DNA of 64,000 bases from an uncultured Nitrospinota bacterium (lineage in GTDB: Bacteria > Tectomicrobia > Entotheonellia > J063 > CAVPRW01): assembly GCA_963707985.1 (NCBI GenBank), contig CAVPRW010000018.1, positions 64,001 through 128,000 of the forward strand, written 5' to 3'. The translations under genes and the position numbers were made by a program. Below the pieces are notes generated by a model. That model saw only the letters and a list, made by a program, of their open reading frames with translations, was not told the DNA's origin and ran no database searches. Positions 11,076 through 21,755 of this stretch are shown in pieces. Numbering within the stretch: the stretch's first letter is position 1; each line of letters begins with the position of its first letter.

Positions 11076-12032
11076 ATGGAGCAGGTTCAAACCGTTCTCG
11101 GTTCCATTCCCGTCGAGCGACTCGGCGTCACACTCATGCATGAACACCTGGTCATTGGGTGGCCGGGATGGGTATTCGACCCACTAGCGCGCTTCGATCG
11201 CATGCGGGTCACCAGCGTGTTGATCGAGCGCCTGCGCGAGCTGAAAGCTTTGGGGGTCTCGACCTTTGTCGATCCCTGTCCCATTGAGCTCGGCCGTAAT
11301 CCCGAGCTGGCGGCTGAGGTCGCCGAGGCGACCGAAATGAATATCATCTGCGCCACCGGCCTCTACACCAATCGGCTGGGCATCCCGGTGTATTTCCGAC
11401 AACGCTCGGTGGATGAAATTGCCGAGATTTTTACGCGTGAATTAACCCATGGGATAGGGTCCTCCGGTATTCGCGCCGGGCTTATCAAGTGCGCGACCGG
11501 CCTGCATGAGATCACCCGGCATGAGGAGAAATGCTTGCGGGCGGCGGGACGCGCCCACCGCGCCACGGGAGCGCCAATCCTAACGCATACCGAGTCGGCC
11601 ACCATGGGCAATGAGCAGCTCAATATTCTGGCGTCCGAGGGGGTGAATTTCGGGCGGGTTATTGTCGGACACTCCTGCGGCACTGCCAATTTGGAATATC
11701 ATCTTGGTCTGCTGGATCGGGGCGCTTTTATCGGCTTTGACCGTTTTGGCTTGGAGACGCTGTTTCCGGACCGATTGCGGATCGCAGCGCTGGCGGGATT
11801 GTTGTCCATCGGCTATGCCAGGCAGATCGTTCTGTCGAACGACTACGTGGGTAGTTTTCTGGGCCGCTCGATGTTCCGTACCCCTGAGAGCCAGCAGGGG
11901 CTCGCCAAGTGGAGCTATACACATCTCTTCAAGGACGTCCTGCCCAAGCTGCGCAGTATCGGCGTCAGCGAAGCGCAGATCCAGACCATGTTGGTCGAGA
12001 ACCCGCAGCGTTTTTTCGGGGGACAGGGCTAA
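11076..12032 (+). CDS. phosphotriesterase-family metallohydrolase
   Basis: TLMHEHL, ICATGLY, GLIKCAT, ILTHT, VGHS, GFDRFG, ENPQRFF; AAGGAG RBS. Confidence 0.92.
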   Translation: MEQVQTVLGSIPVERLGVTLMHEHLVIGWPGWVFDPLARFDRMRVTSVLIERLRELKALGVSTFVDPCPIELGRNPELAAEVAEATEMNIICATGLYTNRLGIPVYFRQRSVDEIAEIFTRELTHGIGSSGIRAGLIKCATGLHEITRHEEKCLRAAGRAHRATGAPILTHTESATMGNEQLNILASEGVNFGRVIVGHSCGTANLEYHLGLLDRGAFIGFDRFGLETLFPDRLRIAALAGLLSIGYARQIVLSNDYVGSFLGRSMFRTPESQQGLAKWSYTHLFKDVLPKLRSIGVSEAQIQTMLVENPQRFFGGQG

Positions 12033-12037
12033 CGTGG

Positions 12038-12493
12038 ATGGACGGCTGGAGAGGTCAGACAAGAGCTCGTCTTTTTTCCCTTTACGCCGATGCAGAATGA
12101 AGTCAGCTCACCACGGGCTGGGGCGACGGCATCGACGTCGCGACTTGGAACGCCCTCAATCAGGCCTCCTACAGCCGCTCTGCGGACAACTGTTTCTCGG
12201 CGGCGTACGATGAGCCCCTGGACAAGATGCTCCCCTAGTTTCCCCATCGCCGAGCGCGAGCGGCTCACGACATCGTCGGATTGTGGGATGGGGTGAGGCC
12301 CGTCAACCTCATCGAGATTGGCGCAGGTTCGGGCGCCTTTGCGGTCGGGCTCTTCCTGGCGCTCAAGTACCAGGAGAACGATGTCGCGCCTGTGTCCTAT
12401 GGGGGCGAGAAGCCCAGCGAGGCCATGAACGCACTCTACCGGCAAAACTTTCTGCTCCCTAAGGGGACTGGCGAGCGTGGAGCTGCTGGATGA
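12038..12493 (+). pseudogene. class I SAM-dependent methyltransferase remnant
   Basis: NLIEIGAGSGAF motif I in a frameshifted, stop-containing frame. Confidence 0.45.
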
Positions 12494-12844
12494 ATTTCCT
12501 GTTGCAAGCGAACTGTCAACGACCTCCGCCAAAGGTGATGTACCATAGCTGGTCGTTCTGGTTTAAACCACACCGTATTCGTGCACACAAATTCGAGCTC
12601 TGGTTTGCTTCGGACATCATGCCTCACCCCTCCTGTTTGTACTAAACCTGGGCCCATACCACTGTTTGCGAGCTGATGGCACGGAACGTGGCATGTTTGC
12701 CATTTTTAATCATTTAAAAAAAATTCCTCTTCTTCACAAATCGTCTAGAGTGACGACCCACGCAACTCGTCCGTCAGACTATGACCCGGCGCTCCACCCC
12801 CCGCACACATCTGACAGGGGGAGGTATTGGTGACTAGCCAGCGG

Positions 12845-14355
12845 TTAGTACTACAGTGGTAAGTAGAAAGCATAGTCGCTATCATGTCATGGTTCCAGTG
12901 ATAGTAAGCTGTGGGAGAGGCAGGATCCATGACCCCACCCAACGAAGCAACGACCGCACCGACGGAGCAGGAGGTCAACGCCATCCAGGGGGGGCCACCT
13001 ATCTGACCGACATCGAACCGCGGTTGGGCCCATCGTTCGCTCGCGCCGAGTCCCGCCAGCGGGCGATGATCGACCTGGACGGGTGGATGAGTCCGGCTGA
13101 GCGAAAACACAGCTGGCAGTTAGCCGACATCTGCGGTGAGCCCACCCCAGATGGTTTCCAGTATGTGCTGGGTCGGGCTGACGGGGACGCGGATGCCCGC
13201 CGCGATGAACTGTGCCCCGAGGTCATCCACCATCCGGGCGACCCTAACGGGGTGCTGGTCCTCGACGAAACCGGATTGGTGAAAAAAGGGTGCCACTCGG
13301 CGGGGGTCGCCCACCAGGATACCGGCACCGTGGGCACGGTGGAGCACTGCCAGAGGGGCGTGTTGCTGGGCGATGCTGGTCAGCTGGGCCACGCCCTGGT
13401 CGACCGAAAGATGTCTGTGCCCAAGGCGTGGGCCAATGATCGTGAGCGCTGCCGGCAGGCAGGGATCCCGGCGGACCGGCCTTTGGCCACCAAGCCGCAA
13501 CTGGCCTGCCAGATGCTGGCCCGCGCCTTCGCGGCCGGCGTCCCCGCGAAGTGGGTCACCGGTGACCGCGTGTAGGGGGCTGACCGGCACCTGTGGGTGT
13601 GGCCGGAGGCCCAGCCGCAGGCCTAGGTGCTGGCGGTGTCGGGCCAAGAATAGGCGTGGCTGGGCTGGCGGCAGCAGTCGGTGAAGACCCTCGTGGCGGC
13701 GCTGCCCCCAGAGGGCTGGACCCGCCTCAGTGCGAGAGATGGCGCCAAAGGCCCTCGCGGGTATGATTGGCGCTGGCTGCCGCTGGCCGAGCCGCAAGAG
13801 CTGGGCTGGCGCCGGTGGCTGCGGGTCCGGCGACGTCTCAGCGTCCCCACGGAGCTGACAGCCTCTATGGTCTTTGCTCCGCAAGACACGACCTTGGCCG
13901 CAGTGGTGCAGGTCGCGGGGACACGGTGGACCATCGAGAGCAACGTTGAAGCGGCCAAGGGAGAGGTGGGCCTGGACGACTACGAGGTGCGGAGTTGGAC
14001 GGGCTGGTCTCGGCCTATCACCCTCGCACTGTGGGCTTATGCCCACTTGGTCCTCTTGCCGGCGGGCCCCATGGCCGTGGAGGCGTTCAAAAAACCCCGC
14101 CGCCGGGTCAGGAGCGGAGCCGCTTGGCAGCCGTCAAGGCCCAGAGGGGCTTTGCCCCCCACTGAGCGTGCCGGCGATTCGGCGGCTGCTATGGTACGTG
14201 GTCCTCGCCGCCCAGCAGACCGTCCCCCAACTCCTGGCCTGGTCCCGCTGGTGCCGGTGGCATTAACGGCTCGCCAAATAGTCTCACGACAAACAGCGTG
14301 GCGCCTTGCCTGCGCTATTGGTGGCTTAAGCATTTACTTACCACGGTAGTACTAA
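12845..14355 (+). mobile_element. IS701-family element, degenerate transposase (about 12929-14270)
   Basis: 21-bp terminal IRs TTAGTACTAC(A/C)GTGGTAAGTA with 1 mismatch; VLVLDETG..KKG.HSAGVA, TKPQLA, RWTIE...AKGEVGLDDYEVRSW; several stops. Confidence 0.9.
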
Positions 14356-16454
14356 GCTGCACATTGCAGCGTTGCGCTTTGCCACCAACCGATCGTGCCC
14401 AGGCGGGGGAAGCGCTGGCGGTGATCGGCGACCCGCGTTTTCGGGCTGATGCCTGGTATTTGCCCGCTGAGCCGTTACTGGGGTTTGTCGAGATTCCGGG
14501 GGGGCCGTTTCTGATGGGGAGTAATCAGACACACGACGCGGATGCGTATATCAATGAACGGCCCCAGCATGCAGTATACCTACCCGCCTATTTGATTGGC
14601 CGCTATCCGGTGGGTAGCTCCACACTAAACCGTGGTCATGAGCACCAGCGTGCTATCAGGCGTTTCCGTGCCCGCGAGGGGCGCCCCCGCGGCGTGGAAG
14701 GCGTCCAGCGGGGTGGTGGTACGTGAAACGACAGCAGCTCCTGGACGGTCCAGCCATGATCCGTGATCCCGGCAGCCATGCTAGGCGTCCTCTGGAGACA
14801 CGTCATACCAGCCGCCGATGCCGTGCGGCGCAGACTGGCAGGGTACGTACAGCAGTGGTCGACACGGCCGATCAGATCCATCCCGTGCGGCCGCGTCAGC
14901 GGACGACGCGCCAGCGCGCTCCCGCGGCGTGTCAGCGACGCCAAGCGCTCCCGGAACGTCGCCTGGAGCCGCTCGATGTCTGCGGTGTGGCTCACCCCGT
15001 GCCCGTGCGAGCGACGCCTGAGCGTCTCGACACGCGTGGGCGTGCCATCCACGATAGGGCGCTCGATGTCGACCACGCGCCGCTGCACGTCGCGCTTGAC
15101 GACCGGCGCGATGTCGAGATGGCGCCAGGGGCGCAGCCGAGGGCGCCCGGGCGCGCCTGTGCGTACCGGATCGCGACAGGTCTCACGCCTCGCCCGGACG
15201 TCGGCGGACACGCCATCGGTGCACCGCAAGAGCGGAGCGGGCGCAGCACCGCGGCGCACGCGCTCGAGGAGCCGGCGAATCAGCGGCCTATCACGAGGCG
15301 CACTGCCCTCGCCGGCCAGCCACAGCCGTGTCTTGACCAGCATCGCCAGCGCCATCCACACGATGCCGCCCGGCGTCTTGACGCGGATCGCATCGGCTGG
15401 CACCTGGCCCAGGTCTCGTGGGCGCTCCACCCGATGTTCCTGGACCGCCTGGCCCTGTCGGCCAGCGCGCGCCCCCCACGCCGCCACGGTCCGCTCATCG
15501 AACCCACAGGCGACGACGATCGCTGGCAGCGCACAGCCGTGCGCCAGAAGCGTGACCACGAGGCTGACCGGCTCTGCCGAGGTCCGCAGGCGGTACAACG
15601 CGGTGCCTGTCGTGGCGGTACACGTCTGGTGGCACGCCGTGCAGAGCCTCCGTGTGTCCTTGCGCGCGTGGAGACGAATATGGCCCTCGCCTGCTTGGCC
15701 GCGGGCGGGACATGCCACATTCGGGCAGCATACCGTCGTGGGGTCCATGACGATCCTCCTGGCTGTGCGTGGACACATGGCCAAGAGAAATATGTCAGGA
15801 CCCCCATTTCTTTTACAACCTCACTGCACCACGGTTTAGTGGGGAGCTACCACGCCAATCGCCAATGCCCAGTATCTCTGGGCTACGGGGGCAAAAGCGC
15901 CTGCTGACTGGGTGGATGGGAAGCCGCCGAAAGATAAGCTACACCATCCTGTGGTACACGTCAGTTGGCACGAGGCGTATGCATACTGTCAATGGCTGAG
16001 CGAGGTGACAGGGAAAGCAATTGCTTTGCCTAGCGAGGCGGAATGGGAAAAAGCCGGCCGAGGCGATCAGGATCAGCGAGCCTATCCCTGGGGCGATGCC
16101 TTCGATATGCTCAAGTGCAATAGCTATGAGCTGGGGTTAGATGATACCACGCCAGTGGGCGTGTTTTTGGCTGGAGCCTCGCCATACGACTGTCTGGACA
16201 TGGCGGGGAATATCTGGGAGTGGACGCGCAGTCTGTGGGGAGAGGATATCGAAAAACCTCGCTTCACAGATCCATACACTGCAGATGATGGGCGTGAAGA
16301 TGTGAAGGCCCCTGACAACGTTTACCGGGTGTTGCGGGGCGGGGCGTTCAACTTTCCCCACGGGTTCGTGCGGTGTGCCTATCGCGTCAGGGACTACCCG
16401 GACCTCCGGAACCTCTACCTCGGATTTCGGGTGGTGGTGCGCCCATGTCGTTGA
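14356..16454 (+). pseudogene. formylglycine-generating-enzyme (SUMF1/C-type lectin fold) domain protein, 5' truncated by IS701 and interrupted by an IS1-like element
   Basis: FVEIPGGPFLMGS, ERPQH, IGRYPV | T..NAQY, HPVVHVSW, LPSEAEWEKA, YPWG, DMAGNIWEW, RVLRGG, GFRVV. Confidence 0.9.
14613..15851 (-). mobile_element. IS1-family-like element, degenerate transposase (14636-15748)
   Basis: 24-bp IRs GGTAGCTCC(A/C)CACTAAACCGTGGT with 1 mismatch; N-terminal Zn finger CPNVAC..CTAC, TDG, IERLQATFRERL, RTPSMAAGITDH.WTV.ELL. Confidence 0.85.
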
Positions 16455-16521
16455 CCTCTGACCCTCTGGACTCTGTCCCTCTGGTCTCTGGGGGGGAGTC
16501 CAGAGGGGTTTACCCCTCTGG
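16329..16521 (+). other. candidate DGR variable region with downstream CTCTG repeats and hairpin
   Basis: NNC/NNT codons between conserved RGGAF, VRCAYR and GFRVV; CTCTG repeats 16456-16490; hairpin CCAGAGGGG-TTTA-CCCCTCTGG 16500-16521. Confidence 0.6.
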
Positions 16522-16744
16522 TCGTTTTTCGCGGGACGTATGGGAGTGGGAGGCAATCGGGGCAATTGCGTCAATATCAGCTCCTGCCCAAAAGCCAAGG
16601 TCTTGCACTATCGCTGGCAGGGGTATGCGGGAGATACGGTTTCGGCGGCCAGGCGACGATCCTGCCCAACCGCCCATAGTCATGCCCGAGCCTCTCGCTC
16701 ATCGTCGATGATCCAAAACGAATTTGTCGGCGCACACAGGCTGG

Positions 16745-18097
16745 TTAATGTGCTGCCGCTGCCAACTGCGATATCTCCGCCATGTCTTTGATCTGCCCTA
16801 GATGTCCTACTGCTTCGATGATTCCGTCGGCCTGTTTGGTGCTGATGATCGGTGCCGTGAAGCGTCGAAACTTCTGGCAAATCTCTTCCCAGGTAAATGG
16901 ATTCCGCGGTGAGCCCTTGTGGGGCCTGGTCGGCAGGGTATATGTGCGGCCCTGACATTCCAGAGACACTTCCGCAGGGTACACGCCAGGCCCCGCATGC
17001 GCATCGGCCTCGACTGGGATCAACTCGATACGCTGCGCTAGATCGCGCACCATGGGGTCCTGCACCGCTGCATCGTTATAGAGGAGCGGATTGGACAGAT
17101 CGCGCGTCAGGGCAACGGCGGCGGTGAAGGGCAGGCTGTACTGGCCGCCCATGATGGTGTCGGGGTCGCGCACGGCATGGCGCTCATCCATGATGTGTTG
17201 GTCGCCACGGATGACGACGCGGGTGATAGCCTGGGGATCGATGGCGTGTTGCTGCTTCAACTCCTGGATGGCCTGTACCACGGCCTGCTGCGTCACATGC
17301 GCGGGGTAGGATTTAAGCGACAGGGGCTGGATGGCCCAGGTGGTTCCGAGCCCGTCCAGCAGCCGGTCCAGCTTCGTTGGCAGCGAAAAGGCGTTGTAAT
17401 AGCCATAGCGACCCTCCAGCACGGTGGCCGGGCCACGGAAGCCTTGCCGGGCCAGGAGCGCACTTTCAAGTCCGAGTTGACTGGCTCGGCCCAGGTGCAG
17501 ACGCTTGGTATCGGCACCGCTCCAGGCGAACTCCAGCAGTCCGGCACTGCCCGAGCCGGCGATCCCCAGGGCATTGGTCAGGACCTCGGCGTCGAAGCCA
17601 TAGAGCTTCCCCACCGCTGCAGCGGCGCCGAAGGGTCCCTGAGTGCCGGGATTGTGAAAGCCGCGGGTCGTTTCCAGACCCACCGCCGTGCGGGCGATGC
17701 GGGCGGAGACTTCAAATCCCACGGCCAGGGCGGTGATGAAGGCGCTGCCGTCGAGATGCTCACGTTCGCAGACGGCCAGCGCTGCCGGCAGGACGGTGCC
17801 ACTGGCGTGCGACCCGGTAAGCGGCTCGCATTCGAAGGCACCGATCAACGCCCCATTGGCCAGGGCGGCGCGGGAGATGTCGACACGCCAGGACTGGTTG
17901 ATGACCGAGGCGTCCGGTTTGCCCCCCAGCTCATGGACTAACTCGACTACCATCTTGGCCCATGGTTGGGCGGTTCCAATCATGCCTGCGGCCAGGGTGT
18001 CGAGCACGATGATCTTGAAGTCCGCAATCAAGCTCGACGGCAGGTTGGCAAAGTGGGTGGTGGCGACAAATTCGGCCAGCTGGCGTGTCTCGTGCAT
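16745..18097 (-). CDS. MmgE/PrpD family protein
   Basis: LDTLAAG, AALANG, H...TVLPAALA, RGFH, TKRLHLG, LKSYP, KGSPRNP. Confidence 0.9.
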   Translation of the reverse strand: MHETRQLAEFVATTHFANLPSSLIADFKIIVLDTLAAGMIGTAQPWAKMVVELVHELGGKPDASVINQSWRVDISRAALANGALIGAFECEPLTGSHASGTVLPAALAVCEREHLDGSAFITALAVGFEVSARIARTAVGLETTRGFHNPGTQGPFGAAAAVGKLYGFDAEVLTNALGIAGSGSAGLLEFAWSGADTKRLHLGRASQLGLESALLARQGFRGPATVLEGRYGYYNAFSLPTKLDRLLDGLGTTWAIQPLSLKSYPAHVTQQAVVQAIQELKQQHAIDPQAITRVVIRGDQHIMDERHAVRDPDTIMGGQYSLPFTAAVALTRDLSNPLLYNDAAVQDPMVRDLAQRIELIPVEADAHAGPGVYPAEVSLECQGRTYTLPTRPHKGSPRNPFTWEEICQKFRRFTAPIISTKQADGIIEAVGHLGQIKDMAEISQLAAAAH

Positions 18098-18251
18098 GGT
18101 TGCTCTCCTCTGCCGGTGAAATCTTCTCGCAAGTCGATGCCGTCGATGATATACACTTCCGGGTGCATTTGTCACGCGGCGCTTGCCCTCACCCTCTCCT
18201 AGCTGAGGCGCCAGGAGAAGAGCAGGACAACGTCGGTGGGGAGCCATATGC

Positions 18252-18348
18252 TCCCTCTCCCAATGGGAGAGGGCCGGGGTGAGGGAAGCTCAAGCGCTCG
18301 ATCACGCCCTGCCGCCCTCACCCTAACCCTCTCCCGGAGGGAGAGGGA
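18252..18348. repeat. inverted pair of REP-like palindromes (BIME-like)
   Basis: TCCCTCTCCCAATGGGAGAGGGCCGGGGTGAGGGA and its inverted copy CCCTCACCCTAACCCTCTCCCGGAGGGAGAGGGA. Confidence 0.8.
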
Positions 18349-18397
18349 ATTTCACCTGAGGGGGATCAGCACGACCAGCATGGGAAAGGAGACGCAT

Positions 18398-19276
18398 ATG
18401 TTCGAAAGCTTCGAGCAGCGACAGATCACCACCAGCGGCACCACCATCAACCTGGTCAGGAGGGGCGACGGGCCACCCCTGTTATTGCTGCACGGCTACC
18501 CGCAATCGCACATCATGTGGCATAAGATCGCGCCACGCCTGGCGCAGGATTTCACCGTCGTGGCCGCGGATCTACGCGGCTATGGCGACAGCGGCAAGCC
18601 GCACGGCGATCCGCAACATCTGAACTATGCCAAGCGCGCCATGGCGCAGGATATGGTCGAGGTCATGCAACAGCTCGGCTACGAGTCATTCCTGCTGGTG
18701 GGCCACGATCGGGGTGCGCGGGTGTCTCATCGACTGGCCAAGGATCATCCGCAACGCGTGCGGCGGATGGCGTTGCTGGACATTATCCCGACTCACAAAA
18801 TGTTCAAGATCGTCAACAAAGAGATGGCGACGAATACGTATCACTGGTTCTTCCTCATCCAACCCTACGATTTCCCTGAGCGCATCATCGGTGCAGGGGC
18901 CGACTACTTCATTCGCTCGCGCTTCGAGCGCTCCAAGGATGCAGCCAAGGCCTTTCCCCCCGAGGCCGTGGCGGAGTATGTGCGTTGCGCCTGCGAGCCA
19001 GCGGCCATACACGCCATGTGCGAGGATTATCGCGCCGGAGCGAGCATCGACCTGATACATGATGAGGCCGATTTCGCCAACAAGGTCACCTGCCCGCTGT
19101 TCCTGCTGTGGAGCGCCACCGGGTATGTCGGACGCACCCAGGATGTCCTTGGAGTCTGGCGTGAGTATGCCACCGATGTATGTGGCCAGTCGCTGCCATG
19201 TGGCCATCATCTTCCCGAAGAGATGCCGGACGAGACGTATGCCGTGTTGCACCCCTTTTTATCTGGGCAAGGATAA
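18398..19276 (+). CDS. alpha/beta hydrolase, fluoroacetate/haloacetate dehalogenase-like
   Basis: LLHGYPQ, GHDRGARV (Asp nucleophile plus two Arg), YHWFF, CEDYRAG, CGHH; AAGGAG RBS. Confidence 0.88.
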   Translation: MFESFEQRQITTSGTTINLVRRGDGPPLLLLHGYPQSHIMWHKIAPRLAQDFTVVAADLRGYGDSGKPHGDPQHLNYAKRAMAQDMVEVMQQLGYESFLLVGHDRGARVSHRLAKDHPQRVRRMALLDIIPTHKMFKIVNKEMATNTYHWFFLIQPYDFPERIIGAGADYFIRSRFERSKDAAKAFPPEAVAEYVRCACEPAAIHAMCEDYRAGASIDLIHDEADFANKVTCPLFLLWSATGYVGRTQDVLGVWREYATDVCGQSLPCGHHLPEEMPDETYAVLHPFLSGQG

Positions 19277-19427
19277 CAGCGCAGGCGACGTTGACAATCA
19301 GCTTCTCCCTCAATTTCCTGAACGCCCACCACCACGAGCTCATGTGACCCCAAGGGGATGCGGAAGCGTATCCCCTTGGCACCCATCCGCAGTGGCACCA
19401 GTTTTGCGCAATGTCACTAGCAGCCGA

Positions 19428-20032
19428 CTCAGATGAGCTGGTGGGCCTGTTCATCAATACCCTACCGTTCCGAAGCCGCCTGTCCCCTGGGCTTGAGCTC
19501 ATCCCCTGGCTCAATGAGCTGCGCGACGCCCAGCTGGCGATTAGATCGCATGAACATACCCCACTCATGAAGATCTAGGCGTGGGCGGGTGTGTCAGCGG
19601 GGACATCTTTGTTTGAAGGTGTCAAGTACAGTAGTGATCAGGGCATCGAAACCCTGTCCTAGCACGGTGTCATCACTACCTAAATTGACACCCTGCATCC
19701 TGCGGGAATACGCACTACTAGGCATCTGGAACCCGCAGGTGCAACAGTTAAGGCATCTCAAGCGCACCAATATCCAGACGGCGCGGTCCTACGCCCCTCG
19801 GCTAGATACCGGCAAGCTCACGATCATCCGGGCCCAGAAGCAACACGCCACCGCAGGCTCGGATCCAGGACTGGGGTGGGGTAGACTGGTAACGGGAGGG
19901 ATTGAGGTCGACGAGATTCCAGGCAACCATTATACCATGTTTATTTCACCGCATCTCAACAGCCTGGCGCAACAATTGGCCGCCTGTTTGGAGGCGAGTA
20001 GGGGGAGTCCTCGTGCAGCACCCCAATGTTAG
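19428..20032 (+). pseudogene. NRPS remnant: condensation-domain fragment joined to thioesterase C-terminus
   Basis: ELVGLFINTLPFR...WLNELRDAQL.IRSHEHTPL..I* followed by DPGLGWG.LVTGGIEVDEIPGNHYTM. Confidence 0.8.
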
Positions 20033-20508
20033 CGCCCAGCCGGTGTCAATGCCTCTTCCAGCATGCCCAACACGGCATCGACGATGCCAGACATGATCTG
20101 CTCCCGATCGCCCGGCAGATGCAACTCGCGCTCGATGGCACGCTCAGGGGTGACCACCGAAGCCCACACCGTGCCGATGGGCAACCCCGACCGGCCAACG
20201 CCTGGACCAGCCACACCACTTTCGGCCACTCCCACCTGCGTGCCGCTGATGCGTCGCACGCCCTCCGCCATAGCGTGTACCGCGGCCTGATGGGTCGACC
20301 CGCGCTCGGTGTAGAGGTCCGGCGGCATCCCTAGTGTGTCCAATTTTGCCGCTCGACTGTAGGCGATCACACCGCGCTCGTAATACCGTGATGACCCGGG
20401 CACGGCGAGCAGGGCAGCTGAGATCAACCCGCCTGCCGTCGATTCCGCCACACCGATTTTCCATCCCCGTGCCAGCAACAATTCTCCCACGCGTTCCGCA
20501 CGACTCAT
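20029..20508 (-). CDS. CinA C-terminal domain / NMN deamidase (PncC-like)
   Basis: VAESTAGGLIS, PGSSRYY, AMAEG, SGVAGPG, PIGTV. Confidence 0.88.
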   Translation of the reverse strand: MSRAERVGELLLARGWKIGVAESTAGGLISAALLAVPGSSRYYERGVIAYSRAAKLDTLGMPPDLYTERGSTHQAAVHAMAEGVRRISGTQVGVAESGVAGPGVGRSGLPIGTVWASVVTPERAIERELHLPGDREQIMSGIVDAVLGMLEEALTPAGR

Positions 20509-20935
20509 GTACTGCACTCCTTTCGTCTTCGATCCAATCGCCATACGGCCACTTTACACAAACTTCTTGATTAGGCAAGGAGGATTATTTCGTTCAATAC
20601 AGCAAGCCTATCCTAGCACGAAAGTCCCATAACACCCAACCGAAGTCACGCCATAAGCCCTAATTACCCGAGAATTGGCTGGCACTTCGAGCGCAGTGGG
20701 AGTACTCTCAAATTGTGAACACAGCTTCATCCCCTATCGGACTCGGGCGCATGCGCAGCAATTAGGTCGGTCGATTGAGGCGAAGTGGGCGTCAACGTGT
20801 CGTGCAGGTATATTATCAGTTGATGGCCGTATCGTGGAATACCCCACCGAGTGCCGACAAGCAAGGCCTTGGCCAGTGGTCTGCACCAGGGATGGGGACG
20901 CGGAGGGGAGGCGCACTGTGAACAGGTGGGAGGAG

Positions 20936-21685
20936 GTGTCGGAGGACGCCGAGCAGACGCGGGAGAAGGAGCAGGCCGCTGACCGTGCCGTGGAGTGTGT
21001 GGAATCGGGCATGGTAGTGGGGCTGGGCGCCGGGAGCACGGCGTTGCTGGCGGTTCGGCGCATCGGCCAGCTCTTGCGTGAGGGCCGACTGCGCGATATC
21101 GTCGGCGTTCCATGCTCAAGCGCGATCGAGGCGGAGGCCCGCGCGCTGGGCATCCCCATCACTCTGGATCCACCGGGGGTGGTGGACCTCACCATCGACG
21201 GCGCTGACGAGGTGGATCCCGAGCTGAACCTGATCAAGGGGGGCGGGGGAGCGTTGTTACACGAGAAAATCGTCGCGCAGGCCAGCCTTCGGGAGATTAT
21301 CATCATCGATGAGAGTAAGCTGTCGCCGGTTCTTGGCACCCACTGGCCACTGCCCGTCGAGGTCGTGCCGTTTGTGGGGCAATCCCAGAAACGTTTCCTC
21401 ACCTCTCTGGGGGCTCGCGTCACCGTGCGACAGCAGCACGACGGCACGCCGTTCAGGACCGATCAGGGGAACTTGATTCTCGATTGCGCGTTCGGTCCTA
21501 TCCTGCGACCGGCGGAGTTGGCAGCCAAGCTGGACGCGCGGACCGGAATCGTCGAGCATGGGTTGTTTATCGGGCTGGCGACAGAGGTCATCGTCGCCGG
21601 CATCAATGGCATCAGGCATCTGACACCGAAACAGCCCGACCGTCGAGCGTCGGACCGGGCTCTTGAGAAAGAAAGTCCACAATGA
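20936..21685 (+). CDS. rpiA: ribose-5-phosphate isomerase A
   Basis: [44 protein letters not shown] start after GGAGGA. Confidence 0.95.
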   Translation: MSEDAEQTREKEQAADRAVECVESGMVVGLGAGSTALLAVRRIGQLLREGRLRDIVGVPCSSAIEAEARALGIPITLDPPGVVDLTIDGADEVDPELNLIKGGGGALLHEKIVAQASLREIIIIDESKLSPVLGTHWPLPVEVVPFVGQSQKRFLTSLGARVTVRQQHDGTPFRTDQGNLILDCAFGPILRPAELAAKLDARTGIVEHGLFIGLATEVIVAGINGIRHLTPKQPDRRASDRALEKESPQ

Positions 21686-21755
21686 CAGAGCCAGCGCAGC
21701 AGTGTGCAACCCACGTCATCATCCACCGCTAGCACACACATCGGGAGGTGATATC

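Noticed and set aside
12676..12700. Sigma-54 promoter (TGGCAC...)
   Set aside because: The -12 TTGC element is not at the required spacing.
14723..15907. Long plus-strand ORFs within the IS1-like element
   Set aside because: Antisense frames kept open by extreme GC content.
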